Positions 24,636 to 34,587 of a DNA stretch of 64,000 nucleotides are shown one piece after another. The notes beneath the pieces are model-generated. The model was not told the origin of the DNA and did no database searches. It saw only the letters and a list, made by a program, of their open reading frames with translations. The translations under genes were made by a program, and so were the position numbers. Source of the stretch: Vicinamibacterales bacterium (lineage in GTDB: Bacteria; Acidobacteriota; Vicinamibacteria; Vicinamibacterales; UBA8438). Position 1 is the stretch's first letter. Every line of letters starts with the position of its first letter. Location of the stretch: assembly GCA_965116845.1 (NCBI GenBank), contig OZ220728.1, positions 5,434,637-5,498,636 of the forward strand. The letters run 5' to 3'.

Positions 24636-27230
24636 GTGACGCAAGGAATCGTGACGCGACGGAGAGCCCCGATGCAGACCCGGACCGGGAGGCACGACGC
24701 CGCGGTCAGGGCGGTGCGGCGGATGATGCCGAAGTTCGGTGCGGCACTCGCCGCGTGCCTCTGGCTCGGGTCCGGCGCGGCGTCCGCGCAGTCGTTCGAG
24801 GCGGACGTGGCGCCGCTCGTCGAGCGGTCGTGCCTCGCGTGCCACGGCGACCGTACGGTGACCCCGCTCAACCTCGCGCGCCTCGGGTTCGACCTCGGCG
24901 ACCGCGAGACCTACCGCGCGTGGGAGCGGGTGTACGAACGGCTGGAGAAGGGCGAGATGCCGCCCGCCGCCGCCCGCCCGCCCGAGGCGCCTGTGCTCGA
25001 CGCCGCGCTCGGGTCGCTGAAGCGGGCGCTCGTCGACGCCAATCTCGCGGCCCGGGGCGCCCAGCGGACACCGCTTCGGCGCCTGACGCGGCTCGAGTAC
25101 GCCTACACCATCGAGGACCTGCTGGGGATCGACGGCGCGGTGGCCCAGGGGCTGAGCCAGACGCTCCCCGCCGAGGCCGACTCCGGCGGCTTCGACACCG
25201 TGGCCGCCAACCAGAGCATGTCGTCGCTGCACGTGCGGGCCTACCTCGACGCGGCCGACCGGGCGCTCGACGCCGCGCTCAGGACCGGCCCGGCCCCGGC
25301 CGCCCGCCGGCACGTCATCGACTACACGAAGTCGCGCTACCTGTGGCGCATCGAGCACGCGAAGGCCCTCGGCCTCGGCATCGTCAAGCGGGTGCCGGAC
25401 GCCTACGTGATGTTCTTCGACTTCGGGTCGACGTACACCTTCCACAGCGCCTCGGAGGGCTTCGCGGTGACCGAGCCCGGCCGCTACCGGGTCACGGTGG
25501 AGGCCTACCCGTACCAGGCCGGGACCCCGGTGACGCTGACCGTCTACCGGGGGAAGATGGCCGGCGTGGCCGCGTCGCTGGACGAGCTCATCGGCACCTT
25601 CGACCTCGAGGCCCCGCGCGCCGTGGAGATGCGGCCGTATCTCCGCCCCGGCGACCTCATCGGCCTCTCGGTAGCCGACCTCGACGTGCCGCCGGCGGCG
25701 GCCGGCTACGGACCGACGGATCCCTCCCAGGGCTACGGCGGGATGAAGGACTACCCCGGCGAGGGCATCGCGGTCCGCTCGATGACCATCGAGGGTCCGC
25801 TCCCCGAGGGTGACGACTGGCCGCCCGCGAGCGCGCGGCAGTTGCTCCCGGGCATCGCCTTCGACGCCGCGGGCGAGATCGTGCTGACGAAGGCACCCCA
25901 CGAACATGTCGCCGACGCCGTGGCGGCCTTCGCGCCCCGCGCCTTCCGCCGCCCGCTCGCCGACGGGGAGCTGGAGGCGTATACCGGCCTCGCCGAGCCG
26001 TTGCTGGCCGAGGGGCGGCCGTTTCTCGAAGCCGTCCGCGTCCCGCTCCGGGCGATCCTGAGCGCCCCGGCGTTCCTCTTCCAGGGGGGCAGCTCCGCGG
26101 GCCGCCACGATGCGGGCGCGCCGGGCGGCGACGATGCGGACGCAGCGGCGGTCGGCGATACCCGCACGCTCGACGACTTCGCGCTCGCATCGCGCCTGTC
26201 CTACTTCCTCTGGCGCAGCCTGCCGGACGGCGCGCTGCTCCGCGCGGCCGCGGCCGGCCGGTTGTCGGACCCCGCCGTGCTCCGGGCGCACGTCGACCGG
26301 ATGCTCGACGACGAGCGGTCGGCACGCTTCGTGCGCGACTTCGCGGGGCAGGCGTTCCGGCTCTACGAGCTGCGGGCGACGACCCCCGACGCGGGGCTCT
26401 ATCCGGAGTACGACGACCGGCTCGGGCAGGCGATGGCCCGGGAGACGGAGCTGTTCCTCGCCGCCCTGCTCGACGAGAACCGCGGCGTGGACCACCTGAT
26501 CGACGCCGACTTCACCTTCGCGAACCGCCGGCTCGCCGAGCACTACGGCCTGGCCGGCGTCGCGGGGCAGCAGATGCGGCGGGTCGCGCTGCCGGCGGAC
26601 AGTTCGCGCGGCGGGCTGCTGACGCACGCCAGCGTGCTCAAGGTGACGGCGAACGGAACCACCACCTCTCCCGTGCCGCGAGGCAACTTCGTGCTCGCCA
26701 GCCTGCTCGGGCAGCCTCCGGCTCCGCCCCCACCCGGCATCGAGGGCCTGGAGCCCGATACGCGCGGCACGACGACCATCCGCGAACAACTCACCGCGCA
26801 CCGGGCCAACCCGGTCTGCGCGAGCTGCCACCGGGTGATCGATCCGCCCGGGTTCGCCCTGGAGTCGTTCGATCCGATCGGCGGCTTCCGGACGAGCTAC
26901 CGCGCCACCGGCGGCGAGCTGACGTTCGGCCAGTTCACGGTGCCCGCGCCGTTCGTCGACGGCCTGCCCGTCGATCCGAGCGGCGTCACGCCGGGTGGCG
27001 AGGCGTTCGCGGGGATCGCGGACTACAAGCGCCTCATGCTCCGCAACGACCTCGAGCAGGTGGCCCGCCACCTGGCCTCGCAGCTTCTCGTCTTCTCCAC
27101 GGGAGCCGAGATCGAGTTCGCGGACCGGGATTCGGTGGAGAAGATCGTGGCGCGGCTGCGCGACGACGCGTATCCTGTGCGGACGATGGTGCACGAGGTC
27201 GTCCGGAGCGACCTCTTCCGGCAACGGTGA
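24636..27230 (+). CDS. DUF1587/1595/1592/1588/1585 protein with two CxxCH motifs
   Basis: CLACH, LRRLTRLEYAYTIEDL, LASRLSYFLWRSLPD, TSPVPRG, CASCHRVIDPPGFALE. Confidence 0.9.
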   Translation: MTQGIVTRRRAPMQTRTGRHDAAVRAVRRMMPKFGAALAACLWLGSGAASAQSFEADVAPLVERSCLACHGDRTVTPLNLARLGFDLGDRETYRAWERVYERLEKGEMPPAAARPPEAPVLDAALGSLKRALVDANLAARGAQRTPLRRLTRLEYAYTIEDLLGIDGAVAQGLSQTLPAEADSGGFDTVAANQSMSSLHVRAYLDAADRALDAALRTGPAPAARRHVIDYTKSRYLWRIEHAKALGLGIVKRVPDAYVMFFDFGSTYTFHSASEGFAVTEPGRYRVTVEAYPYQAGTPVTLTVYRGKMAGVAASLDELIGTFDLEAPRAVEMRPYLRPGDLIGLSVADLDVPPAAAGYGPTDPSQGYGGMKDYPGEGIAVRSMTIEGPLPEGDDWPPASARQLLPGIAFDAAGEIVLTKAPHEHVADAVAAFAPRAFRRPLADGELEAYTGLAEPLLAEGRPFLEAVRVPLRAILSAPAFLFQGGSSAGRHDAGAPGGDDADAAAVGDTRTLDDFALASRLSYFLWRSLPDGALLRAAAAGRLSDPAVLRAHVDRMLDDERSARFVRDFAGQAFRLYELRATTPDAGLYPEYDDRLGQAMARETELFLAALLDENRGVDHLIDADFTFANRRLAEHYGLAGVAGQQMRRVALPADSSRGGLLTHASVLKVTANGTTTSPVPRGNFVLASLLGQPPAPPPPGIEGLEPDTRGTTTIREQLTAHRANPVCASCHRVIDPPGFALESFDPIGGFRTSYRATGGELTFGQFTVPAPFVDGLPVDPSGVTPGGEAFAGIADYKRLMLRNDLEQVARHLASQLLVFSTGAEIEFADRDSVEKIVARLRDDAYPVRTMVHEVVRSDLFRQR

Positions 27231-27297
27231 CCGAACGCCGAAACGTGTAGACGGGCTCCGGAACCACTCCGGACAAGTGACCCGAGGAGACAGGCCC

Positions 27298-28308
27298 ATG
27301 CTGAGGATCTGTGCGCCGGCGACCCTCGTGATCGCGATCGTGCTCCTGGCGCCGGCCGGTGCCGCGGCGCAGGCTGCGGCGGCGGAACGACCGGCGTCTA
27401 CCGAACAGGCGACGGAGGCCACCCCCCGGACGCCGTGGGGGGACCCCGACCTGGGCGGCATCTGGGACTTCCGGACAATCACGCCGCTGGAGCGCCCCGA
27501 GCAGTACGGCGACCGCGCCTTCCTCACCCAGGAGGAAGCGGTGACGCTGGAGCAGGGAGCCGCGCAGACGGACCGTGAAGCGAACGACGCCCCGGCCCAG
27601 CGGACCGAGGCCGGCGGCGACATCGGCGCCTACAACCGCTTCTGGTTCGACTTCGGGACGTCGGTCGTCGCCGACCGGCGCACGTCGCTCATCGTCGATC
27701 CGCCGAACGGGCGCCGTCCGCCGCGGACGCCCGAAGGCGAGCAGCGCCCGGCCTTCGGCGGCTCGTTCGGGGGCGGGCCCTTCGAGCAGGTCGAGGACCT
27801 CAACTACTTCGATCGCTGTCTCGGCACCGCGGCGCTTCCGATCTTCCCGACCGCCTACAACAACAACGTCCAGGTGTTCCAGACCCCCGACCACGTGGCG
27901 CTGCTGGTGGAGATGATGGGATCCACCCGCATCATCCCGATCGACGACCGGTCCCACGGCAACCTCCGGCAGTGGCTGGGCGACTCGCGCGGCCGCTGGG
28001 AGGGCGACACCCTCGTCGTCGAGACGACGCGCTTCGACCGCGACCTGCTGATCATCGGCGGCAGCCGCGACGCGGAGCGGCTCGTCGAGCGCTTCACGCG
28101 CGTGGCCCCCGGCATCCTTCAGTACGAGTACACGGTGGAGGATTCCACCGTCTGGACGCAGCCCTGGACGGCCGTGCAGACGTTCCGCAAGAGCGACGCC
28201 CCGCTCTTCGAGTACGCCTGCCACGAAGGCAACTACGCCGCCACCAACATCCTGGCCGGCGCGCGGGCGGCGGAGGCGGCGGCCGCGGAGGCAGAAGCGG
28301 CGCGCTGA
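27298..28308 (+). CDS. Uncharacterised secreted protein, 'RTPWGDPDL' family, copy 1 (336 aa)
   Basis: Signal peptide; TPLERP, TSLIVDPP, GDSRGRWEGDTLVVET, EYACHEGN. Confidence 0.85.
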   Translation: MLRICAPATLVIAIVLLAPAGAAAQAAAAERPASTEQATEATPRTPWGDPDLGGIWDFRTITPLERPEQYGDRAFLTQEEAVTLEQGAAQTDREANDAPAQRTEAGGDIGAYNRFWFDFGTSVVADRRTSLIVDPPNGRRPPRTPEGEQRPAFGGSFGGGPFEQVEDLNYFDRCLGTAALPIFPTAYNNNVQVFQTPDHVALLVEMMGSTRIIPIDDRSHGNLRQWLGDSRGRWEGDTLVVETTRFDRDLLIIGGSRDAERLVERFTRVAPGILQYEYTVEDSTVWTQPWTAVQTFRKSDAPLFEYACHEGNYAATNILAGARAAEAAAAEAEAAR

Positions 28309-28407
28309 CGGACATCTCACCCCTCGTCTCGTAATCCGGCGGCAGGCGGCATCCGTCGCGGCTGCATCACGCATCGGCCGGGCGGTATCGCCGCGCGGGA
28401 GGAACAG

Positions 28408-29370
28408 ATGCGCGGTCGATTCCTCGTCGGCGGGCTTCTGGCGACGGCGCTCGCGGCGGTCCCCCCGGCCGCAACCGCCGGTCAGGCCCAGGACACCGCC
28501 CCGGACGGCTGGACGGCGCCCCGCACCCCGTGGGGCGATCCGGACCTGCAGGGGCAGTGGAACAGCCAGACGTCGACGCCGCTGGAGCGGCCCCTCGAGG
28601 GACGGCTGTCCGAGACCGATCGGCTGACGGCGGAGGAAGCCGAAGCGATCGAGGCGGCCAACCGCGCCGCCTTCGACCTGCCGCCGCCGGAAGGGAGCGT
28701 CGGCAACTACAACGCCTTCTGGCGGGACGTCGGCCGGGGGCTGACCCTCACCTCGCTCATCGTCGACCCGCCGGACGGGCGGATTCCGCCGCTCTCGGCC
28801 GAGGGTGAGGCACGGATCGCGCGGGAGCGCGCGGAGCGCAGCCGGCGCGGCCCGGCCAACTCACCGGACACCTACAGCGACCTGAGCCCGTGGACGCGCT
28901 GCATCTCGCGCGGGTGGAACGGCATCGGAAGCTGGTACAGCAGCAACTACCAGATCTTCCAGAGCCCGGGCTATGTCGTCGTCTACCAGGAGCTGATCCA
29001 CGAGCCGCGCATCATCCCGCTCGACCCGCGCCCGCACCTGCCGCCCGCGGTCCGGCAGTGGCTGGGCGATTCGCGCGGCCGCTGGGAGGGCGAGACGCTG
29101 GTCGTCGAGACGACGAATTTCGACCCGAAGACCAACTTCCGGGGCTCGCGCGACACGCTGCACCTGACCGAGCGCTACACGCGCGTCGACGACGACACGA
29201 TCGACTACCGCTTCACGGTCGACGATCCGCAGACCTTCCAGAGCCCGTGGACCGTAGTCCGGCCGATGACGCGCATCACCGACCGCGTCTCGATCTTCGA
29301 GTACGCCTGCCACGAGGGGAACTACTCGATGGAAGGCATCCTGGCCGGCGCGCGCGCCCAGGAGCGCTGA
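28408..29370 (+). CDS. Uncharacterised secreted protein, 'RTPWGDPDL' family, copy 2 (320 aa)
   Basis: Same motifs as the upstream paralog; GGAGG RBS. Confidence 0.85.
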   Translation: MRGRFLVGGLLATALAAVPPAATAGQAQDTAPDGWTAPRTPWGDPDLQGQWNSQTSTPLERPLEGRLSETDRLTAEEAEAIEAANRAAFDLPPPEGSVGNYNAFWRDVGRGLTLTSLIVDPPDGRIPPLSAEGEARIARERAERSRRGPANSPDTYSDLSPWTRCISRGWNGIGSWYSSNYQIFQSPGYVVVYQELIHEPRIIPLDPRPHLPPAVRQWLGDSRGRWEGETLVVETTNFDPKTNFRGSRDTLHLTERYTRVDDDTIDYRFTVDDPQTFQSPWTVVRPMTRITDRVSIFEYACHEGNYSMEGILAGARAQER

Positions 29371-29491
29371 CGGTCAAACCCTCGAGCGCCGCCCAGGCAG
29401 GACGCATCGGCGTGGCGCTCCGCCTTCGGCAGGACGGGAGCGCCGAATTCGGGCCGGACCGGTCCCAGCCGACGCACTGCGCACGCAGGCC

Positions 29492-30682
29492 TCAAGGGGC
29501 TACGTTCTCGTACCAGCGGAGGTTGGACGTGCGGCCGCCGATGCAGACGAGGTCGGGGCGGTCGTCGCCGTTGAGGTCGGCGATGGCGCACCCGGACGGC
29601 GACATGCCGTCGTCGAGGACCTGCCGCGACCAGGCGGCGCCGTCCGCATCGCTCGCGGCGTAGAGGTAGAGCATCTCGCTCTCGCCCCGATCGCCGGTCA
29701 CGATCTCGTGGCGCCCGTCGCCGTCGAAGTCCGCCGTCACGATGGTGTGGCCGCTGCCGATGTCGTCGATGACCTGCCGGCGCCACTCGTCGCCGTCCTC
29801 GAGGTAGACGACCACCTGCGGCCCGTGCCAGGGCTCTATCGTCGTCACGAAAGTCCGCTCGCCGAGCCGCCCGGTCTCCACCTCGCTCGCCCCGCTCTGC
29901 GGCCACGGCGCGGGGTCGCCCGCCGCGACCTGCTCGCGGATCCAGTCGCCGTCCACGAAGCGGTGCACGTGGACGCCCGTGAAGCTGGCCGTGAACGCGG
30001 CGTCGCCCGCCGCATCGTCCCACGGCTTGACGAGCAACCCGTGCACCACGCCCTGCCCGGCATCGGTCACGGTGCGGCGCGTCCAGTCGTCCGGCCGGTA
30101 CCAGTAGACCGGCACCGCGTCGCGATACTCGGGGGGCTCGGCCGCCGGGCCGGAGAGCGGCGCCGTCACCAGCACGGGACGGCCGGTGCCGTCGACGTCC
30201 GCCCAGCGGATGCGGTGCACGGTAGGCGTGCGGTCTACCTCGCGGGCCTCCCAGGGCTGGGTCGGGTCGCCGTTGTGCGTCAGCAGGGTCAGGATGCCGA
30301 GGCTGCTCGCGTGCGTCGTGCCGAAATCGTGGGCGAGCACCACCTCGGGAATCCCGTCGCCGTCGAGGTCGCGCGCCGCGGCATTGATGGCCCGCGTGAT
30401 GCCGGTCGTCAGCACGTGGCGCTCCCAGCCCGGGTTCTCGTACCAGGCCAGCTCGTCGAGGCGGGTCGAGAGGCCGATGACGTCGAGCCGTCCGTCGCGG
30501 TTCAGGTCGGCGACGACCGGCTGGTAGCCGCCCGCGAGCTCGGCGTCGATCGTGTGCGCCACGAGCGTCGGCCCGCCCTCCGCGCCGTCCTGCGCCGCAC
30601 CGTCCAGGACCGCGGCGGGCATGGTGACGAGAACTCCCGCCGCCGACACGGCTGCGAGTGCAACGCGCGCGCGCTGGGTCAT
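29492..30682 (-). CDS. Secreted FG-GAP/VCBS-repeat beta-propeller protein
   Basis: Repeats DLNRDGRLD, DLDGDGIPE, DFDGDGRHE, DLNGDDRPD; IEPWHG motif. Confidence 0.85.
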   Translation of the reverse strand: MTQRARVALAAVSAAGVLVTMPAAVLDGAAQDGAEGGPTLVAHTIDAELAGGYQPVVADLNRDGRLDVIGLSTRLDELAWYENPGWERHVLTTGITRAINAAARDLDGDGIPEVVLAHDFGTTHASSLGILTLLTHNGDPTQPWEAREVDRTPTVHRIRWADVDGTGRPVLVTAPLSGPAAEPPEYRDAVPVYWYRPDDWTRRTVTDAGQGVVHGLLVKPWDDAAGDAAFTASFTGVHVHRFVDGDWIREQVAAGDPAPWPQSGASEVETGRLGERTFVTTIEPWHGPQVVVYLEDGDEWRRQVIDDIGSGHTIVTADFDGDGRHEIVTGDRGESEMLYLYAASDADGAAWSRQVLDDGMSPSGCAIADLNGDDRPDLVCIGGRTSNLRWYENVAP

Positions 30683-30807
30683 CCGGCTACTCCCTTCGAC
30701 AGCGAATCGTTCGACGGCCTCCGGTCGCAGCGCCCTGCCGCGGCCGCTGGTGCCCTCGCATCCACCGGCTGCGGCGGCCACCCGACTCCTCCGCGGTCCG
30801 GCGCCGG

Positions 30808-31992
30808 TCAGGCCCGCGGGAACCACTCGCCCCCGAGCACCGTCCCCCGCGGGAACAGGCGCTGGCCGCCCCGGCGGATGTTCTCGTAGTTGTCGACGAA
30901 TTCGAAGCGGCCGACCCGCAGCTCCAGCAGCGCCAGGTCCGCCCGCGCGCCGACGTGGAGCGTGCCGCGGTGGCGGAGGTGCGGGAAGACGCGCGAGGCG
31001 TTCACGGTGACGCACGCCACCACCTGGGCCAGGGTCATGCCGGCGTCGAGGAACTTCGACATCACCTGCGGCAGATCGACCACGCCCGGAACGCTCCGGC
31101 TCGTGAGGTTGCCGTCTGTGGAGATGGTGTCGGGCAGGAAGCCGCTCTCCATGATGTGGTCGAAGGTGTCCCAGCGGAGGTGACCGACCCGGCCGTTCGC
31201 AACGTCAAAGTGGATGCCCCGGCGGCGGGCCTCCAGCACCTCGGGCCGGATGCGGCCATCGTCGTCGACGATGGCGTTGGGCGGCGGCGCATACATGTGG
31301 GTCACGATGTCGCCCGGCTTGAGCAGGGCCAGAATCGTCGAGAGCGGCGAGACCGTCTGGCCCATGTGGATCATCACCGGCACTTCGAACGGGGACGCCG
31401 CCTGCTGCGCGCGGCGCAGCACCTCGACGTCGTCCGCTGCCACGTTGCGCGACAGACGGGCCTTCACCCCGACCACATAGTCCCGGTGGCGGGCGATGGC
31501 GTCCCGGGCCGCCCCCACGTCCGCGAGGTCGAGGTCCATCGTGTCGCCGCCGGGCAGGATGCCGGAGCGCCCGATGTTGACCAGCACGCGCCCCTGCTGG
31601 GGCGCCGCCCGGGCGACGGCGACCGGCCCGCCGATCGCCTCGGCGCCGGCCGAGCCGGAGTCGACCCACGCCGTCACCCCATCCTCGAGGCAGATGCGCG
31701 GCCCTGCCGCGTCGCGTGCGTAGTGCGTGTGGACGTCGAGCAGGCCGGGAACCACGAGTCGGCCGCGCGCGTCGACCACCGGCGCGTCGCCCGCGTCGAT
31801 GCCCGGCTCCACCGCCGCGATCCGGCCGCCGGCGATGGCCACGTCGCGGACGGCATCGAGCCCGAGCGACGGATCGATCACCCGCCCGCCCCGCACGACG
31901 AGGTCATGGGAAGCCGCGCGCAGTCCGGTCGCGCCGGCGCCGGCTGCCACTACGGCGGCAGAAGCGAAGAAGTGGCGGCGGGTCATCAACAT
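30808..31992 (-). CDS. Amidohydrolase / dihydroorotase-like metallohydrolase with Tat signal
   Basis: MTRRHFF, PGLLDVHTH, GVKAR, MIH, VTH, TISTD. Confidence 0.9.
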   Translation of the reverse strand: MLMTRRHFFASAAVVAAGAGATGLRAASHDLVVRGGRVIDPSLGLDAVRDVAIAGGRIAAVEPGIDAGDAPVVDARGRLVVPGLLDVHTHYARDAAGPRICLEDGVTAWVDSGSAGAEAIGGPVAVARAAPQQGRVLVNIGRSGILPGGDTMDLDLADVGAARDAIARHRDYVVGVKARLSRNVAADDVEVLRRAQQAASPFEVPVMIHMGQTVSPLSTILALLKPGDIVTHMYAPPPNAIVDDDGRIRPEVLEARRRGIHFDVANGRVGHLRWDTFDHIMESGFLPDTISTDGNLTSRSVPGVVDLPQVMSKFLDAGMTLAQVVACVTVNASRVFPHLRHRGTLHVGARADLALLELRVGRFEFVDNYENIRRGGQRLFPRGTVLGGEWFPRA

Positions 31993-32136
31993 CTCTGGCC
32001 TCCCGGTCGGCGTGCAGAGGAGTGTCTGCGCCTTCGCGCAGCGTGTCAACCGCGGGTCAACGGGCGCAGAGGCACCCGGCGCCCATGCCGGGTCGGGCTC
32101 GCGCCGAGGAGGCCGGACAGTCCCGGCGGACCCGGG

Positions 32137-32889
32137 TCAGAGGCCACTCCGCTCCGGCGCGACGCGGCGAATCTCGCGCCAGCGGCCATCGATCAGCAGT
32201 TGGGCCGGTTGGTACTCGATCTTGTAGCGCATCTTGGCCGACTCCGCGATCCAGAAGCCGAGGTAGAGGTAGGGCAGGCCGCGGCGGCGGCACTCCTCCA
32301 CCTGCTGGAGAATCGCGAACACGCCGAGGCTGCGGTCCGCCAGGTCGGGATCGAAGAACGTGTAGACGGCGGCCAGTCCGTCGTCGAGGGTGTCGGTAAC
32401 GGCGGTCGCCACCAGCCGCCCGTCCAGCCGGGCGTTCAGAAAGAACGTTCCGGCCCAGCGCGTCCGAACCATGGAGAGCAACTGGCCGGGCGACGGCGGA
32501 TACATCTCGCCGTCCGCGTGGCGGCCGCGGATGTAGCGATCGTAGAGACGGAGGCCCGCCGGGTCGGGGCTCGCCGGCTGCGTCCCGACCGTCAGGTCCG
32601 CGTTCTTCTTCAGCACGCGGCGGAAGCGCCGTCCCCAGCGGAACCGCTCCACCGCGACGCGGGTGGGCACGCACGCCTCGCAGGTCTCGCAGCGCGGGCG
32701 GTACAAATCCGCGCCGGACCGCCGGAATCCGGAGCGCGCGAGGTCCGAGTAGGCGGCAGGCGAGCGCGGCTCCACCGGGTGCAGCACCTGCGACCGCGCG
32801 TCCCGGTCCCCGAAGTAGACGCACCGATGGGGAATCACCAGGAAGTGCCGCGGCCGTTCCGGCGAGTATCGAGACGTCACGTCAGCCAC
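32137..32889 (-). CDS. Arginyl-tRNA--protein transferase family (Ate/Bpt)
   Basis: HRCVY, GFRRSG..LYRPRCETCEACVPTRV, AVYTFFDPD, SLG, YLYLGFWI, KMRYK. Confidence 0.9.
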   Translation of the reverse strand: MADVTSRYSPERPRHFLVIPHRCVYFGDRDARSQVLHPVEPRSPAAYSDLARSGFRRSGADLYRPRCETCEACVPTRVAVERFRWGRRFRRVLKKNADLTVGTQPASPDPAGLRLYDRYIRGRHADGEMYPPSPGQLLSMVRTRWAGTFFLNARLDGRLVATAVTDTLDDGLAAVYTFFDPDLADRSLGVFAILQQVEECRRRGLPYLYLGFWIAESAKMRYKIEYQPAQLLIDGRWREIRRVAPERSGL

Positions 32890-32989
32890 CCAGCAGACTC
32901 CAGGTTCCCACGTACACCAGCCTACGACCGCTGACCTCCTGCGGCAAGATCGGCACCGGTACGCCGGAAAGGGCGCTTCCGCAGCCGCC

Positions 32990-33018
32990 TTGATCGAGAT
33001 CAGAAAAAAAATTACATT
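32990..33018 (+). promoter_or_regulatory. Sigma70-like promoter with A8 tract in the spacer
   Basis: TTGATC (32990-32995), 17 bp containing A8 (33004-33011), TACATT (33013-33018), GTG 6 nt later. Confidence 0.65.
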
Positions 33019-33024
33019 ACTTGC

Positions 33025-34587
33025 GTGCCCGCTGCCTGGACCTTCTACGGGCGGAATGATGAGTTGGGCGGTCTACTGGCGCACATGCGCCGCTCGCGGT
33101 GGTTCTTCGGCACGATCCGCGGTCGCCGGCGGATCGGCAAGACCGCCCTGATTCAGCAGGCAATAGCGATCCTCGGTACGGACCGTCCGGGTTTCGGTCG
33201 GTGGCTGCTGCTGCAGGTGCCGGACAGCGGTCCTGCGGACTTGGCAACCGTCTTCCGCAGCGCCGTCCACGAAGCGGGCCTGGAAGCCACGCTCGAGGAC
33301 TCACACGCGGTTGTGGACCTTCCCGGCGTCGCCGGCGCCGTTGCTTCGTTGTGCCGGGCCGGCGTGACCGTGGTTCTCGACGAGTTCCAGGTCTGCCGCC
33401 GCGGGCCGCTGAGCGGCTTTCCCTCCTTGCTCCAACCGCACGTCGACACGCTCCAGGACCGGGATCCGGTGGGTGGACTGGTCCTCCTCGGCTCGATTCA
33501 GACGGAGATGCAGGCCCTGTTGGACGACCGGCAGGCGCCCTTGTTCGGGCGCAAGACGTTCGACCTCCCGCTCGGCCCCTGGAGCCTCGCGACCGTCTTC
33601 GAAGTGGCCCGGGATCACGCAGCCGACAGCCCGTCGCGCTGCCTCACGTTGTGGACCCTTCTGGGTGGGGTGCCGAAGTACTGGCGGCACTTCGCGGAGG
33701 CCGGCGACCTCGAGGGCATCCCCGACTGGCGCGACTGGGCGCAGCAGGTGTGCGAGAGACTCTTTCTGCGTACGGACTCCCCCTTGCGCGAGGAGGGTGA
33801 AGGACTGCTCGGGAGCGAGCTGCGCCGCAACTACGTCGCGGTCCTCCGCACCCTCGCAGGCCGGGGCCCGTGTACGCATGCGGACCTGCAGGATGCCATG
33901 CCGGGGCTGTCACTGGGGCCGTATCTGAGAACCCTCACGCAGGACTTGCAGCTCATCGAGAAGCAATACCCGATCTTCACGGATCGTCGGCAACGACGTG
34001 CGCGGTACGCCGTTTCCGATCCGTTCCTGCGCGCGTGGCTCAGCGTGATTCAACCCGCCTGCCAAGCGGCGCGGATCCAGCCCGCAGCTCACGTGGCGGA
34101 GCGCCTGGTCGCGCGGCTGAGCACGCTCGAAGGATTCTCCTTCGAGCGCCTCGTGAGGGACGCGGCCGAAGAGGCCTCCCGGGCCGGCACCGGCTTCCGG
34201 GTCACGGACCGGATTCGAGGCTACTGGAACCGCCCCCGGACGCCTGACGCTTCCGTCGAGATCGACTTCATCGCGTGGAACGAGCACGATCGCGTCGTGC
34301 GCTTCGGCTCGTGCGAGCGTAGCGCCGCGCATCACGATTCGAGGTCGCTTGGTGCGTTCCGTACCCACGTCGAACGATTCATCGCTTCCGCCGGCCGGCG
34401 GTTCGCGGCGTGGCGTCGGGAACTCCTCCTATTCTCGCCGGAGTTCGCGGTCGGACGCCGCGCCGAGCTCGAGCACGATGGCTGGGTCTGCGTCGACCTC
34501 CTGGACTTCCAGCGGTTGCTGCGCGACCGTACGCGGGGTGAGAAGGGCGTGCTGCCGGCTTCGCCCAAGATCGACGGACGCGAATGA
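33025..34587 (+). CDS. Archaeal-type AAA ATPase with wHTH and DUF234-like PD-(D/E)xK domain (520 aa)
   Basis: FYGRNDEL, Walker A GRRRIGKT, Walker B VLDEFQ, GGVPKYW, DPFLRAW, EIDFIA...GSCER. Confidence 0.85.
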   Translation: MPAAWTFYGRNDELGGLLAHMRRSRWFFGTIRGRRRIGKTALIQQAIAILGTDRPGFGRWLLLQVPDSGPADLATVFRSAVHEAGLEATLEDSHAVVDLPGVAGAVASLCRAGVTVVLDEFQVCRRGPLSGFPSLLQPHVDTLQDRDPVGGLVLLGSIQTEMQALLDDRQAPLFGRKTFDLPLGPWSLATVFEVARDHAADSPSRCLTLWTLLGGVPKYWRHFAEAGDLEGIPDWRDWAQQVCERLFLRTDSPLREEGEGLLGSELRRNYVAVLRTLAGRGPCTHADLQDAMPGLSLGPYLRTLTQDLQLIEKQYPIFTDRRQRRARYAVSDPFLRAWLSVIQPACQAARIQPAAHVAERLVARLSTLEGFSFERLVRDAAEEASRAGTGFRVTDRIRGYWNRPRTPDASVEIDFIAWNEHDRVVRFGSCERSAAHHDSRSLGAFRTHVERFIASAGRRFAAWRRELLLFSPEFAVGRRAELEHDGWVCVDLLDFQRLLRDRTRGEKGVLPASPKIDGRE

